A stretch of 64,000 nt of DNA from Lingula anatina (taxonomy: Eukaryota; Animalia; Brachiopoda), in the NCBI GenBank assembly GCA_051362555.1, contig CM120646.1:11408001-11472000 (forward strand), given 5' to 3'. The notes beneath the pieces were generated by a model that worked only from the letters and a program-made list of their open reading frames with translations, searched no databases and was not told the origin of the DNA. Positions 39,241-52,351 of this stretch are shown piece by piece (position 1 is the stretch's first letter; the number at the start of each line of letters is the position of its first letter). The translations under genes were made by a program, and so were the position numbers.

Positions 39241-39405
39241 CGCTCTAGACTTCAATGCCAAATAGAGGTATTTGATACACATGACAATCTTATTGCTCTT
39301 CAATCCATTCTGTTAAAAACTCAGGCGGTCAATGGAAGTGCAAAGTGGAACATGCTGAGTACGTGGTTGACAGCGCAGAAGTGGACATCCCATTTAGAAC
39401 AAAAG
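39241..39405 (+). pseudogene. 5'-deleted, frameshifted third C-type exon
   Basis: RSRLQCQ.. then YCSSIHSVKNSGGQWKCKVEHAEYVVDSAEVDIPFRTK in another frame; acceptor and first half missing. Confidence 0.8.
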
Positions 39406-39599
39406 GTGAACCTGAGGAGTGTATTTCATATATTACAATCTCTTTCTCTCATATTGCATGTTGTTGGTAATATTGAAAACGGAACTAAAACTGATATTTA
39501 CTTCAAATATCATTAATTATCACGGGCAATTTTTTCATCTCATTTTAGTAACCAATTCCATTAATTTTTTTCAATCTTTTAAACCATCGTCACCGACAG

Positions 39600-39923
39600 A
39601 AAATGAAACAAGTGCTCCATGGCCTGGGATGAATTACTGTGTGTATGCAGCCAATACACTTGTTAATGTTATAGTGATACTTACATCAATTATCTTCGTT
39701 CTCATAGTATTTGTTATGGTACTTGTGTACCTAATTTTGAGGCAAAGACGGAAACACCAAAACGTTACGGTAAGCTTTACTCATTTCAGTTTGACATTGG
39801 TGAAATAAACTCATTTTATAGATCGTTAAGATACTGCATCCATTTTCTGTTTCAATTAAGCTTCGTTGTAGAATAACAGAGTTAAAATTGTGCATGGTGA
39901 ACAAGTTAAAAGCATTTCAGTGA
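39600..39923 (+). CDS. IgSF gene B, transmembrane exon (39600-39769) and candidate tail exon (39861-39923)
   Basis: ENETSAPWPGMNYCVYAANTLVNVIVILTSIIFVLIVFVMVLVYLILRQRRKHQNVT|gtaagc; tail LRCRITELKLCMVNKLKAFQ* (acceptor choice uncertain). Confidence 0.75.
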
Positions 39924-40226
39924 AGGCCGTACTGGATTAGAAATAGTTCATGCGATGATTTCGAATGGTCTTTCTATCAATCGGTTCTTCTGTGTTCAAA
40001 CATACTACTGTTACATTATACACTCACGCATAGCGTCAAAATGTGATAGGGCTACCGTAAATATTTCAGGTACCGGGGCGATAAAAGATACTTGACTTGT
40101 GGACTTAACTCCGGAGACGGTCAAGCGAAAGTGCTTCCTGGCATTGTGCATGTGGAAAACAATGCACCTTGCGAAGAAACACAGCCTCCTGTTAGGTGTA
40201 GTCTTTGATGATGATGATAGATTAAA

Positions 40227-43200
40227 CACCCAGACCCAATATAGAGGTGCATTTCACATACTGAAGTGTCAAAAAATAAAAATGAATGAATTCAAAATTG
40301 TATACAATATTTCAAAACATATATGTGTATAGAACAAAAATCCACGACTGTCTCAACTGAAATTCTAATTTTAAATTTTACCATGTCTTTAACATTACGC
40401 AAAGAGCCCTATATGGTAACGTATGTTCCAAAAACCGTACGGTAACGTATGTTCTTGCCATATAATTTTCATTTTTATGCTGCGTTCCGATATATTTTTA
40501 GTGGTTCAGTCATCGTAAATTAGACATGACATAAGGACGTTTTTATAAATATTTTAACTGTATCTCAAGGGGCTTTGCGTCATGGCTTATACTAGGTAAC
40601 GTATGTTCCCTAGAAAAATTGTCAAAATGTTTCATTTTGTTAAGTACTTGTGTGCAAGAGGTACAATGTTTTCTTTTGCTGACCGAACAATATATTGTGT
40701 TTCCATGATTGTTTGACATTTCTGATATAATATTTGGATCATGAAGGGAATTTTTTTTATTTAATGCTTATTTTACTGACGGTAGGGTGTATTTTCTCCA
40801 TTATTTTAAATATTCTGTGACAAACAAAGTCGCTCAAAAACAATTAACTGCTGTATACAGAAGATTATTATACTTTTAAGCAACGATATACAGGTACTTA
40901 TGGGAGATAAACCACTGAACAAAACCAGTGATGACTGAATTTTCAAAGTGAGTAGAACGTTTCACAGTTGGACGTTTTGTATTTGTGACAGTAACGTGTG
41001 TTCCTTTTTGGGGTTAAACTAAGAATCATTTTTAATTATTCATGGTTCCAGGAGAGTGAAACTTTAATACAAGCTGCTTCATGTGGGACCCTAAAATATT
41101 CAAAACAGTTAGCAATCTGTGCAGTAAATATTTTTAATAACGTGCTTGTGACATAAATTGCACCTCTATATTTAGTCCGGTTGCTTAGGGCAAAAAAATG
41201 GCCAAATCGTGACACAGCGGATAAAAGCACCAAATTTTGCATGTGGGTACCTTTTGACATACTAAATCAAATAAGAGCCGTAGCCCACGGAAAAAATTTA
41301 CCGTTTGGCCAAAAAATCCAAAATGGCCGCCAATTTGAGAAATTTAGTAGAAATATATACATATCTATGTTGATTTTTATCAAATTAAGTATTTTCTCAA
41401 TGATTTCCACATCCTTATTACCCATATTATGCATATGTGTCAGATAACATACTAGTGTCCTTGGACCTATTGAAAAATCCAAGATGGCCGCCGTATGGCA
41501 TAGGAATATGTACAAGGGTTTTCAACTAACTAATGCCATCTAGGAAGATGCATTGCCCACTATCTAATTAATTTTGTTTCTTATTGCACAAATAATATAT
41601 TTGTGGTGAGTAACTTACCTTTATTCACAGGCAATTCGAGAAAAATCCAAGATGGCCCCCATATCAAAGGAATACTAGTATACACATAGGGCTTCTTCTG
41701 CCATGGAGATATAATATTAATTGATAAATTAGGTTTGTTTCTGAGTATTTTCCACATTTTTTTTAATTAACATAATACATATGTGATGAGATTGTTATGT
41801 GTATCCTTTTTGAAAACAAAACAAAACAAAACAAAATGGCTGCCATTAGCCATAGAAGGTGGGGTTCAGTTAATACCTGCGAGAGATAGGCTTACAAATA
41901 AAATGAAGCTGAATTCAGTTGTTATTCTGTTTTTTTTTTAGTATAATTATCCCATGATACATATCTGTTAGGTAATTAATGTCCATATTTTATCATTTTG
42001 GGGAAATCCAAGCTGGCCTTCTTTTCCCCATAGGAAAACTGGTGCATTAGATTTTATAGGCACTTCTAAGGCAAATGAGGGTAATCATGATATTTTTTCA
42101 AAGTACTTAAGGGTATACACTTGTTACCCACCAGATAGATATCTAAAAGTTCAAAAAGAATGTGGGAAATACCGAGAAACAAAATTCATTTTATATTGAA
42201 CCCAATGTTTCTCTGGCAGTAGTTGAATGTACTATTCTTATTGTGAATTGCAGCAATCTTGAATTTTCTCAAATACGCAAGATGCACACCTGCTACACAC
42301 CAGATTTATAAAGAGTAAGGTTAATAAGGATGTCAACATGTTTAAACATCAAACGGTTTTATTTCAACTATTCTATTAATTGACACCTATGTGCATTTGA
42401 ATGATATATTCCTATGACAACTGGCAACTATCTTGGGTTTTCTCCGAATAATACTCAAGGATACATAGACTTTCAAGACACACAGGATAAATAGGATATG
42501 AAAAACATTTAAAAACGACCCAAAGTTGACTACATTTAAATCGTACTGAGTGTAACTCTAGAATTATTTGATTATGTGTTCAAATATTCAAATGACAAAA
42601 GGCAGACATCTTGAATTTCTTCAGAATACCCAAAGATACACACGTGTCACAGACCAGGTATACATCATAGGGGTAATAATAAATGGAATGAAAAACATAA
42701 ATTATTTTTAAAACAAACCCATGGAAATGTAATTGTATAATGAACCATATGCCTCTCTAGCAGCAATTGAAACCCACCCATTAGTATTCCTATGTTGAAT
42801 TGTAGGTATCTTTTTCTCAGAATATCAAAGGATGCACACTATTTACCCACCAGATATATATCATAGGACTAATAAGGATGGGCAAAACTTGATAAGCAAA
42901 CACAAATTCACCCTGGTAGTAGATGAAAAGCCATGGATGTGCAGTTGTAATTCCAGTAGTATTCCTATGGCCAGCGACGGCCATCTTGGGTTTTCTCAAA
43001 ATGATCAAATATGCACATTTATTACCTGCTAGATATGTATCACAGTGTAATAATAATGTGTAAAACACTAAAAAAATAAGCTGAATTTGATAGTGAATTA
43101 GCTGGCATTAGTTCCAACCCTTTGTAATACTAGAAGTATTCCTATTACATATGACGGCCATCTTGGATTTTCTCAAAATGTCCAAGAATACTGTTAGTTA

Positions 43201-43837
43201 CTCACCACATACATATTGTGTGGGTAGAAAGGATGTGGAAAACACTCAGAAACCAGCTTAATTTGATAGTGAAAAACTCATCTTTCCAGTTGCCATTAGT
43301 TGAATCTCCCGTATACTAGAATTCCTGTGGCACATGGCAGCCATCTTGGATTTTCCAAAATGCCCAAGAACACTTCGTAGTTACTCACCACAAACATATT
43401 ATGTGGGCAACAAAGATCTGAGAAACAGACTTAATTTGATAGTGGACATCGTTTCGTTCTAGCTGGTGATAGTTGTGCACTAGTATTCCTATGGCTGTTT
43501 CTATGGCAAATGACAGCCATCTTGGATTTTTTCAAAAAGTCCAAGGGAACTTGTTTGCTATCTGACATATATGAATAAAATGGGTAATAAGGGTGTGGAA
43601 AACTCTGAGAAAATAATTTATTTGATTAAAATCAACATAGGTATGTATATATTTCTAAAGAATTCAATAAATTGGCGGCCATTTTGGGTTTTTTGGCCAA
43701 ACGGTACATTTTTTTCCGTGGGCTACGGCTCTAATTTGATTAAGAATGTCAAAAGGTACCCACATGCAAAATTTGGTGCTTTTATCCGCCGTGTCACGAT
43801 TTTTTCCTTAAGCCACCGGACTAATTGGGTTTGGGCG
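40227..43837. mobile_element. Non-autonomous Chapaev-like (CMC) element, right TIR split by an Academ insertion
   Basis: 25-bp TIR cacccagacccaatatagaggtgca / tgcacctctatatt^gggtttgggcg; 4-bp TSD taaa; empty site agattaaagcatt near 54215. Related internal remnants at ~48300-48720 and ~61800-62320. Confidence 0.75.
41173..43823. mobile_element. Non-autonomous Academ element
   Basis: Ends tagtccgg / ccggacta, TIRs several hundred bp long, 3-bp TSD att, repeated gccatcttggatttt motifs. Confidence 0.85.
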
Positions 43838-46050
43838 TAAAGCATTCCAAGCCATGGGTTTCCTCCAAACACTCATGTTTAATGAATTTTCACGATAACG
43901 ACATTTTTCTCCGACTTACCAACCTTTATTCTTCCCTTTCTAACAACCGGTAAAATCCAGGCTCGGAAAATAAAGCGATCCACATGGCAACCGATATATT
44001 TTAATCTGAATCATTGCGCGTTTGAAGAACTCGAAAACAATCGACGGAGAATTGTAATGGAAAAAAAAATTAAAAAGAAAGAAAAAAAGGAAAAACACTG
44101 TGTAAATACTACTAGACATTGGGAAGGTAGAGCATCGGAATCGGCTTTAAACGCTGTTAAATTGGCAATCATCTTTATCATTATAGTTTTATCCACACCG
44201 TGATTCTTTCCAAGGAATTTTGGATTCTTCAAACAGCGATGACAAAAACGGATCTGGAAGCGATGCAGCAAAATACAAATTGCCAGGAGTGAAAAAGTAA
44301 TCAGCATCTTTAAAATAAAATAATAAAACAAAAGTGTGCTACAGCTGATGCAACTGTCCAAATTAAGGGATGCATATGTGAAGACATATGTGAACAAGTT
44401 AATTCTGAAACCTGTATATGGCACTTGTTAGAAGCCACTCATTGATCGTTTGGTTTTAAATTTTAGGTCTTTTGAATGTTTCCTGATCCCTTAAGGAATA
44501 TTTGACATTTTGTTTTGTTTGTAAAAGATAATGCAGTCTATGATCCGGTTGATTTGATATACTAATAAACAATTTTTGCATCCATTGAGCCGTCTTTCAC
44601 TCAATAGTTCAAGTTTACCATGTTCACCAGCAGCGTCATATTCAAGATCAGGATAAATTATATAAATTATATTTAGAGCTGTTTCTTGAGACCTTTCTAC
44701 TAGGGTAGTCAATTCATTCGCTAACCCAATGTGCCAGACTTGAATTATTATATAAATGCAAATATTCCATATTCATACCGACAGCACATGCACATTCAGT
44801 ATATGCACATACCAATTGCAGTAGAGAAGTCAACAGTCACACTGAGAACGCATAGGTAAATAAATAAATGTCACACATTTGTTCAAAACGTGTCTTGCCA
44901 AAATACGTACGTTTAAGCGATCTCAGAGTGGGATTTACAAACGATTAACTGGACGATGTAACCTAGGACGTTTTGTGTAAGTGGGGTGAGTTTGGGCGTG
45001 ATTTATTGGCTGTATCTATTTTATTTAGAATTTTTAAAGCGAGTGGTATTATTTTTGTTTCATAAGCTCTCTTGTTTATAGGAGCCTATGGGGCATTAAT
45101 GACATTCGTTTTGAAAATTTCAAGCGTTTTTTTTTTTTTTTTTGCACAATGGAAGACTATGTAGTTTGGCATTCGAATGTCGTTTTACGTTTTTAAGTTT
45201 ATGCACGCGGTTCAAAATCTTGTAGCGATTTTACGACTATGGTTTTATAACCAGTCAAGGTTACATCCGGGCGTGTAATTTCTTAGTAGAGAAATAATGC
45301 GTTGTGCTAGGCCTGTTGGAGTATTTTGCTAACATTGCAGAATATGTTTCTGGTATTTTCTATTTACTTTAAAAGCAGAACACAACTGGAGAAGGTGAAA
45401 CAAACACATAAAGATTACTGGTTGATACTGGTAATACATGTACTTGGTAAGATGAATATCAATTTTATCGATCTACTAGTTCTGTATGTCAACAATGGTC
45501 TGAATGAAACTGAGTCTTTTAAGTTTATGAAAGTGTATGTCTCTGTATACATTAATTTTATCTAGAAAATAAGAAAATATGAGAAACAGATATACCTGTA
45601 TAGACACAAGTACTGGTAACCATACATTCTGCATTAAAACGGATTATTTACCCTGTCTGCATAGTGTTGCTGGTCGTGACGGCGGATAGGTTGTTGAATG
45701 GTTTAAACGCAATATCGAATTTTGGGGAACAAATGTTTTAATATTCAACATTGATCTACAATGTTGAATTTTAGTTGAAAATGCTAGTTATTTTGGAAAT
45801 TTGTGTCAACGTTAAAAACTTAACATTGAATCAAAATTGGCATTCAACGTTGAATGACTGTTGGTTATATACAGGTAACAACTATTCCATATTAAAATTA
45901 TAAACATTGACTCGCCATTAGAATTATAAACATTTATCATAAGTTGATTTCATATTAATTTTAAGATGAGACAAACAACAATGATTTCAAATTTCTATAT
46001 TTATTTTGTAAATTGTATATAAGAAAACTGCTACAAATTAAATGGAATTA

Positions 46051-48044
46051 AGCCTGGATCACACTGCGCTTGCAACCTTTTGGCAACCTCTTTGCAACCT
46101 CAGTCGCAAGGAGGTTGCCATAGGTTTTAAAGTGGTCGCATAAGGTTGGTAACAGGTCGCCTGCGATCATTGACACATGAAGGCCGTTTTTTTGTGCACC
46201 GACAACCAGTGCGACTAAAGATGAAAATTATCGGTATCCTAAAGGTTGCCTATCGGTCTTTTCTTGGTTGTCAGTAGGTTGCTATAACCAGTAGCAGACC
46301 ATTTGCAACTGCACGGTCGATTGACCGTATTTAGGCGACTGGTCGCTTACAAGTTTTTACCAGTCGCAAGTAGTCGGCAGCAGATCGCTAGAAGGTTGCA
46401 TTTGTAACTGCATGGTCGATTGACGGTCTTTAATCTCTTGGTCGCTTACAGGTTTTTTTACCGATCGCAGGCGTTCGAAAATATGTCGCAGGAAGGTTGC
46501 AAGCGACTGCAATAAAATAGGCGTAGGATGGTGGTCTATTTGGGCAAAGACTTTTTCATAATTTGTTATGTAAACCTTCTAAATATCAAGGTCATGAATT
46601 ATAATATTTTAGAAAAAGAAAACATAAAATGCATTTGTTGGCAATATTTAATATCAATTGCCAAGGCTTTCACATACCAGGTATTTCACACTTGTACGAA
46701 ATCAAAAAAAGAAAAAATAAATAAAAAAAAGTGATCCTAAAAGTGATGTCTCATCTTAAAATTAATATGAAATCAACTTACGATTTTTTGACGCTACGTT
46801 TATTCATTTTATCATTTTGCGAAAATTATAGGTAAAATGCCGAAAATCTCAATTATATATCGCAGTATGTTATTTAAAATTTGCGAAGCCAAATTATCAG
46901 AGTAAACAATGAAACAAATACACGAATGCAGGGAAAACGGAAAATAAAAGCAATTTAATCAGCAAGGTATAACTGCTATTTAATATCATAATTTTAACAA
47001 TCAAAATTATCCACAAATAATTGATCAAATCGTAAAATGTGTCCAATAGACTTTAATAAAAATACAACACAAACAATTTAACATCTTCCCAGTGCTTGGT
47101 ACACTCACTACGAGGTTGAGAGTGTAAAATGTACACGATGCGCATGACTTGTCACGATTTAATTACGTTGTATTGTAAGTGGCAAACGCCTAGGGTTAAA
47201 AAGACAAAGGGAAAACCACACATTCGGTTGCAAATCAGTTGCAAAGCAGTCGGCGACCTGTTAGCAACCGGTTGGATACTACAAGTAGGTTTTTCGGTCG
47301 CCAGGAGGTTATCGGTGCTGCACCGTAAACCGGCGCGACCGGTTATTAAACCAGCGTTCTTTTGGAAACCACTTTGCGAGTTGTTGCAACCGGTTGCCGA
47401 CCTTTTTGCAACGGTGACAGTTGCAAGTCGCAAAGAGGTTTTTTGTTCAGTGTGACCGTAACTGCACAGGCCTTGCGACCTCAAAGAGACCAAGTATTTG
47501 ACCAAGAAAATATTAAAGAGTATTATGAGATTAATAAGGATTTAAACGTATGCAAGTTTATGTTTTTATTTTCGAGTTTTTTACTCTTTTTACTTCTTAG
47601 GTAAGCAAAGTCAATCATTATTGCAGTCCCTTCTTTTTGAAAAGGAGTCGTTTTACTAGAGCATTTTTGTATTTTGAGAGGGGAATTTATGGGAAAGCAG
47701 CTACTGTCACAAGTATATTCATGTATATTCTGTGCGATCTTGCTGCTACCAGTTGGCAAGCGATTGCTACAGTCCTGCAACCGGTTTTCGGTCACCAAGT
47801 GGTTGCAGACAGGTTGTTTATCGCTCGGCAAACAGTGTGCGACTGGTAACCTATAACTTGAAGATGGTCTATAAGATGTTGCAGATACCATACTGCAACC
47901 TTGTTGCAACCGGTTTGCGACTGCTTGCCGATCAAAATTGACCATAGCTTCTTAATTAGCTTGCAAAGTGATCGCAAGCGACCGCCAGATTTTGTGGTTG
48001 CAAAAAGGTTGCAAAAAGGTCGCAAGCGCAGTGTGACCGGGCCT
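46051..48044. mobile_element. Non-autonomous PIF/Harbinger element
   Basis: TIRs agcctggatcacactgcgcttgc / gcaagcgcagtgtgaccgggcct; TTA TSD; many ggttgca/gcgac subterminal repeats; empty site near 56132. Confidence 0.85.
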
Positions 48045-49884
48045 TTAAATACACTGTATATATTTCTGTATACAAAAACAAGGCAAAAAATAGGAAGTTA
48101 CCATTAAAAAGATTTCTGATGAACATTTAAATATTTTAATTGTTAAAACAATATGTCCAAAAGTAGTTTTCCAATGAGAATTCTAGTAAAAACTTTTCAT
48201 TTTGTTGTGTTCACAAAATTAAAATCTAGCCTGAAGGAAAATTTAGCACATTTCAAATTACATATCAACATCACATCGCTGTAGTCAAAGTCCCTTTTGT
48301 GATTTCGTGATAGTTTCATATTTCAGTGATATAATATTTGGGCCTCGAATGGAAAAAATGTAGTTCATATAATGCTTATTTTACTGTCAAAAGGGTGTAT
48401 TATCCCCACCTTTTCACAATTTTCAGTGACAAGCAAACTGAAGTCGCTCAAAATATAACTGCTTCATACAGAAGACTGCCATTATTTTTTACAACGTTAT
48501 ACTTGTAGGTGATTAATTAAAGAACAAAACCAGAAATGATTAAATTTGCAAAGTGGGTAAACGTTTCCACTGCTATACACGTATGTTCCTTTTTGGGGTT
48601 AGACGATATAACTAAGATACTTTGCTACAAACTTCTTCATGTGGGACCATAATAAAATAATAAAATATAGTTTGTAATCTGTGCACTAAATATTCTAACG
48701 GCATGCCTGTGACCTCATGTGCTGCACAAAATTAAATATTCGATTATCGGTAGAAACCTTATTAATATTAATGTCAGGAAAAAGATGCACTTTAAAAAGC
48801 CTTTATTGGTTAGAGATGTGTAGTCTGTGAAATCGCAAATAGATAATCTCTTCATTGTGGTAAAATACAGGGCAATGACTTTTCAAAACAAATTAGTCTT
48901 TATACAAGTATACTTTTATATGTCTCTTTCTCTTTTCTCTTTCTTTTATCTTTATGGTCTTTGGGAAAGCGCAGTTAGTTTCAGCACTCTTAAGAGACCC
49001 AGAAGAATTATGTGCTGCACCTACAAAATTAAATATAAAAACATTTTAATGTAATTTAAAGGACTGTTTAAGAAGGGTAGGTGGAGGATTGTAGTTTAAA
49101 TAAATGTGAGTATAAGGAAACTATTACAGATCACGAATATAACCTGTTTCATTCAAATTCAATTTTTAAAAGTTATTCTTACTCTCACATTATCTTTGCC
49201 CGTTTATATATTTCTACGAATATCACAAACTATACACACTGACTTCATTAAATTTCTGTGCCTGGTTGTACCTCTTCCCACATTATTGTGTTCATTTTTT
49301 AAATTAATGATACTCCTAACCTGAAGGTTATGTTGGAGAAATGGCACGGCTCCCGTATGTAATGTAAACATTCTCTCCGTGACCCGTAGCTGCTAATATT
49401 GTTAAAAAGGGTACATATAAATACAAATTGATAAAAAGCGCACTGAAAATCGCATTTCATCATTTCAACGAATCAGACTTCAACACACGGTGCCTGCGAC
49501 AAATTAAATGGCATGTAGCTGTAGCAACATAGGCGTCATAGATAGTGCTCAGTAGTGATCAAATTAGACAAATCCTTTGATGCTCTAAAGTGCACTAACA
49601 CTTACATGTAGCGCGTAACTGTACGTAGCACGCTTGACCATCATATACCCACAACAATTTGTTAGCAGATGCACAAATAATTCAAAGAGTCAAAACAATT
49701 CGCTTTTTGGTGTATTCACGCGGCGCACTGTTAGGATAAATGGATTGCCCAAAGTTTACGCAGTGCTGTTTAAGTAACTTGAGCGTATATAATAAATCAA
49801 AGTCTTTTTTATAATTGATAGGTGCCATCACACCCACACAGCCACGCAAACATCCACGCACATTCACACGCGGTGAAATATATT

Positions 49885-51943
49885 GACAAGATAGCAAAGC
49901 TGTCAAATGTACAGACAAAAAGCAGAAAATAATAATGCACAAAATAGGATCCTGTCAATAATACATTATGCCTAACTGCAACGACAACATCAAATTTAAT
50001 TCTGCACAACAGGTAATACCGATGAAAGTAAAAGCATAAGGCTTCAGACCCATGAGAGTTCAAGTTCACAAATTACCAGAATGAGAAAAATGAAAATTTG
50101 AATAATAAATAAATAAATAAATTAATAAATAAATTTAATTTAAAAAATCCAATAGAGCTGGTTTTGTCATTTGAGCTGTGTGTCAATCCTAAGAATCACT
50201 CTTGTAAGTTGAAAATATAATAAGTAACAGATTTCTTTTCATAACGTTTGTGGTGACAGTGCACGAAGTAGTTTTTTTGTCAACTTTGATGCAATATTAC
50301 ATTTAGAAAATGTGATTACCACTGGGCTTTATACCCTTGGGGTTCTAAGTCCCACAATGAAAATGCCAATATGTGAAAGATAAAAATTTGCAAAAATGTA
50401 CAACAGAAAAAAAGCTTTTCAAACTCAGGCTGAATTTAAGTCCTAGATGTTACCTTTCTGAAAGTTTGGGAAGGGTAAGTGACATGTTTCTTCTTGAATG
50501 GTCACTGTGGAAGGAGTGCCCAAAACAGGGGTTTCTTCAATTTTTATGCAATGTTACATAATGTTTAACAGCAAAAATACCATCAATTTTAATAATAAAA
50601 TAAAAGTGTCATGGATATTCAGAAAATCTGACTAACAAAGCTCTTCAAGCCCATGGAAGTTCAAAGTAACACCTTGTAAACGCCAAAATGTAAACAAGAG
50701 ATAACTGTACTGAAATGAGTTTATTTCCATTTTCACCACATTTTACATAAAACAAAAAAATCAATTTACCGTCATTTTTATATGAACAGCTAAGAAAATT
50801 GTTGACATAGGAAAATATCAATAAAACAATTTTAAATGTCCAATTTCCTCCATTCTGAGATTCTGAACATAGTGAATGATTAAATCTGACAAACTTTAAT
50901 GATATGAGTTTATTTCGATTTGTGACACTTTATTACACAATACACGATAACAGGTTAACCATCATTCTTATATAATCAACTAGAATATTGTTAAGATGCG
51001 GTAAATGTACAAGGACCACCTTAAGATATCTAATAAGTTCAAAAATGAGAATGTTAACATGCCCAAGAGTTAAGAAAACCCATCCCGCAAGAAAACGCAG
51101 TAGATACTCCGGCGCAGTAGACTACTGCAAGCATACTGCAAACATACTTCAAATCTGCTTCGATTTGGGAGCTAATTAGAATATTTGAAACATGCTTATA
51201 TCATGCTGCTAATCTACTGCATTAATGCTCCTCTCTGTACAAACCTGTGTACTTTTTGGAGTAGAATTGCAGTAGGCTATGCTGCATTTCTAATGCAAAT
51301 ATGCTCCACACCACTACTGCGTTAATGCTTTTTTGCTACTTCAATACTACTGCATTTTCGTGCGGGATATAAAAAAGGCACAACTTCAGCAAAACTTAAC
51401 TGATCAAGCTTATTTTCTAACTTGATCTGTATTTTAGTAAGATTAATCACTCCTGAAAGTTTCAAGGCACAAAGCCTATCAATTTTCTTTGAAATGTGTT
51501 ATCAGCGTTGTATATAAGCCGAAAAAAAAAAAAAAAAAAAAAACAGCATAACTTTTAAGAAAATGACCCCATCATGCAGATTTTCGAACTAGACCTGCAT
51601 ATCATGCATATTTATTAGTTCTGTAAGTTTCAAGCCAAAAAGTAAAATGGTTTTCCACTTATCGTGTTATCGACGTTGCTTATATGCTGAAAAAAGTGAA
51701 AAAAAACAGCATAGCTTAAATAAAAATGGCCCGCTCATGCTGATTTTCGAACTTGACCTGCGTATTATGAATATTCATCAGTTCCGTAAGTTTCAAGCCA
51801 AAAGGTAAAACTGTTTTCCACTTATCGTGTTATCGGTGAAAGTGCACGGCGACGACGACGACGGCGACGACGACGACGGCGACGACGACGACAGACGCAG
51901 GTAACGGCTATATGTACAGACACATTTGTGTCTGTACATAAAA
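49885..51943 (+). mobile_element. Helentron-associated (HINE/DINE-1-like) element just upstream of the unit C V exon
   Basis: 5' subterminal motif atgtacagaca (49907) recurs in the 3' hairpin atgtacagacac-attt-gtgtctgtacat; (CGA)n microsatellite before the hairpin; no TSD; absent at the paralogous site 30480. Confidence 0.7.
51084..51366. mobile_element. CACTA/EnSpm-type MITE nested in the HINE
   Basis: TIRs cccgcaagaaaacgcagtag / ctactgcattttcgtgcggg; 2-bp TSD at. Confidence 0.8.
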
Positions 51944-51960
51944 ATTACTTGCAATATCAA

Positions 51961-52351
51961 ACTAGTCATTTGGCGGCGGCTTTGCAAGATGACCCAAATA
52001 CCGTGTTTGTGCGAGAAAATGGAACTGCCAAACTCCATTGTACACTGTTTATTGGGGAAAATGCAGGCTGGGCGTCGGTGAACGTCATGATCAAAAAGAG
52101 AATTACCCCCGGTACTCCGCTTTGTCAGTGGGTGAAGTTACGTGTACACGGGAAAAACAACCATTGCGACCCAAGAATGAACTTAACAATCAGCCCAGAA
52201 TATGTGCGTGTACCGGGTCCAACCAACATTAATGTTACGTTTTCTTTTAAGAACAAGGGGCTTTCTGATGATGGGACCTATGAATGCCGTTTTGTGATTG
52301 ACGAAAAGTGGCACGAGATGCAAGTGTATCAGATATGTTTATATACAACGG
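51961..52351 (+). pseudogene. IgSF unit C, V exon with open frame but deleted splice acceptor
   Basis: Paralogs read atc(a/t)aacttggtttcag|; here atcaaactagtc, i.e. 11 nt including the AG are missing; donor g|gtgagt intact; DDGTYECRF. Confidence 0.7.

Larger units (their letters stand above)
39400..49322 (+). repeat. Segmental duplication unit (TM exon, tail, spacer), paralogous to ~53430-62905
   Basis: Long colinear similarity once unit-specific insertions are removed, e.g. 44400-46050 vs 54545-56135 and 48048-49322 vs 56135-56187 + 61622-62905. Confidence 0.9.

Noticed and set aside
47129-48107. Dense overlapping ORFs on both strands
   Set aside because: By-product of GC-richer subterminal repeats of a Harbinger-type element.
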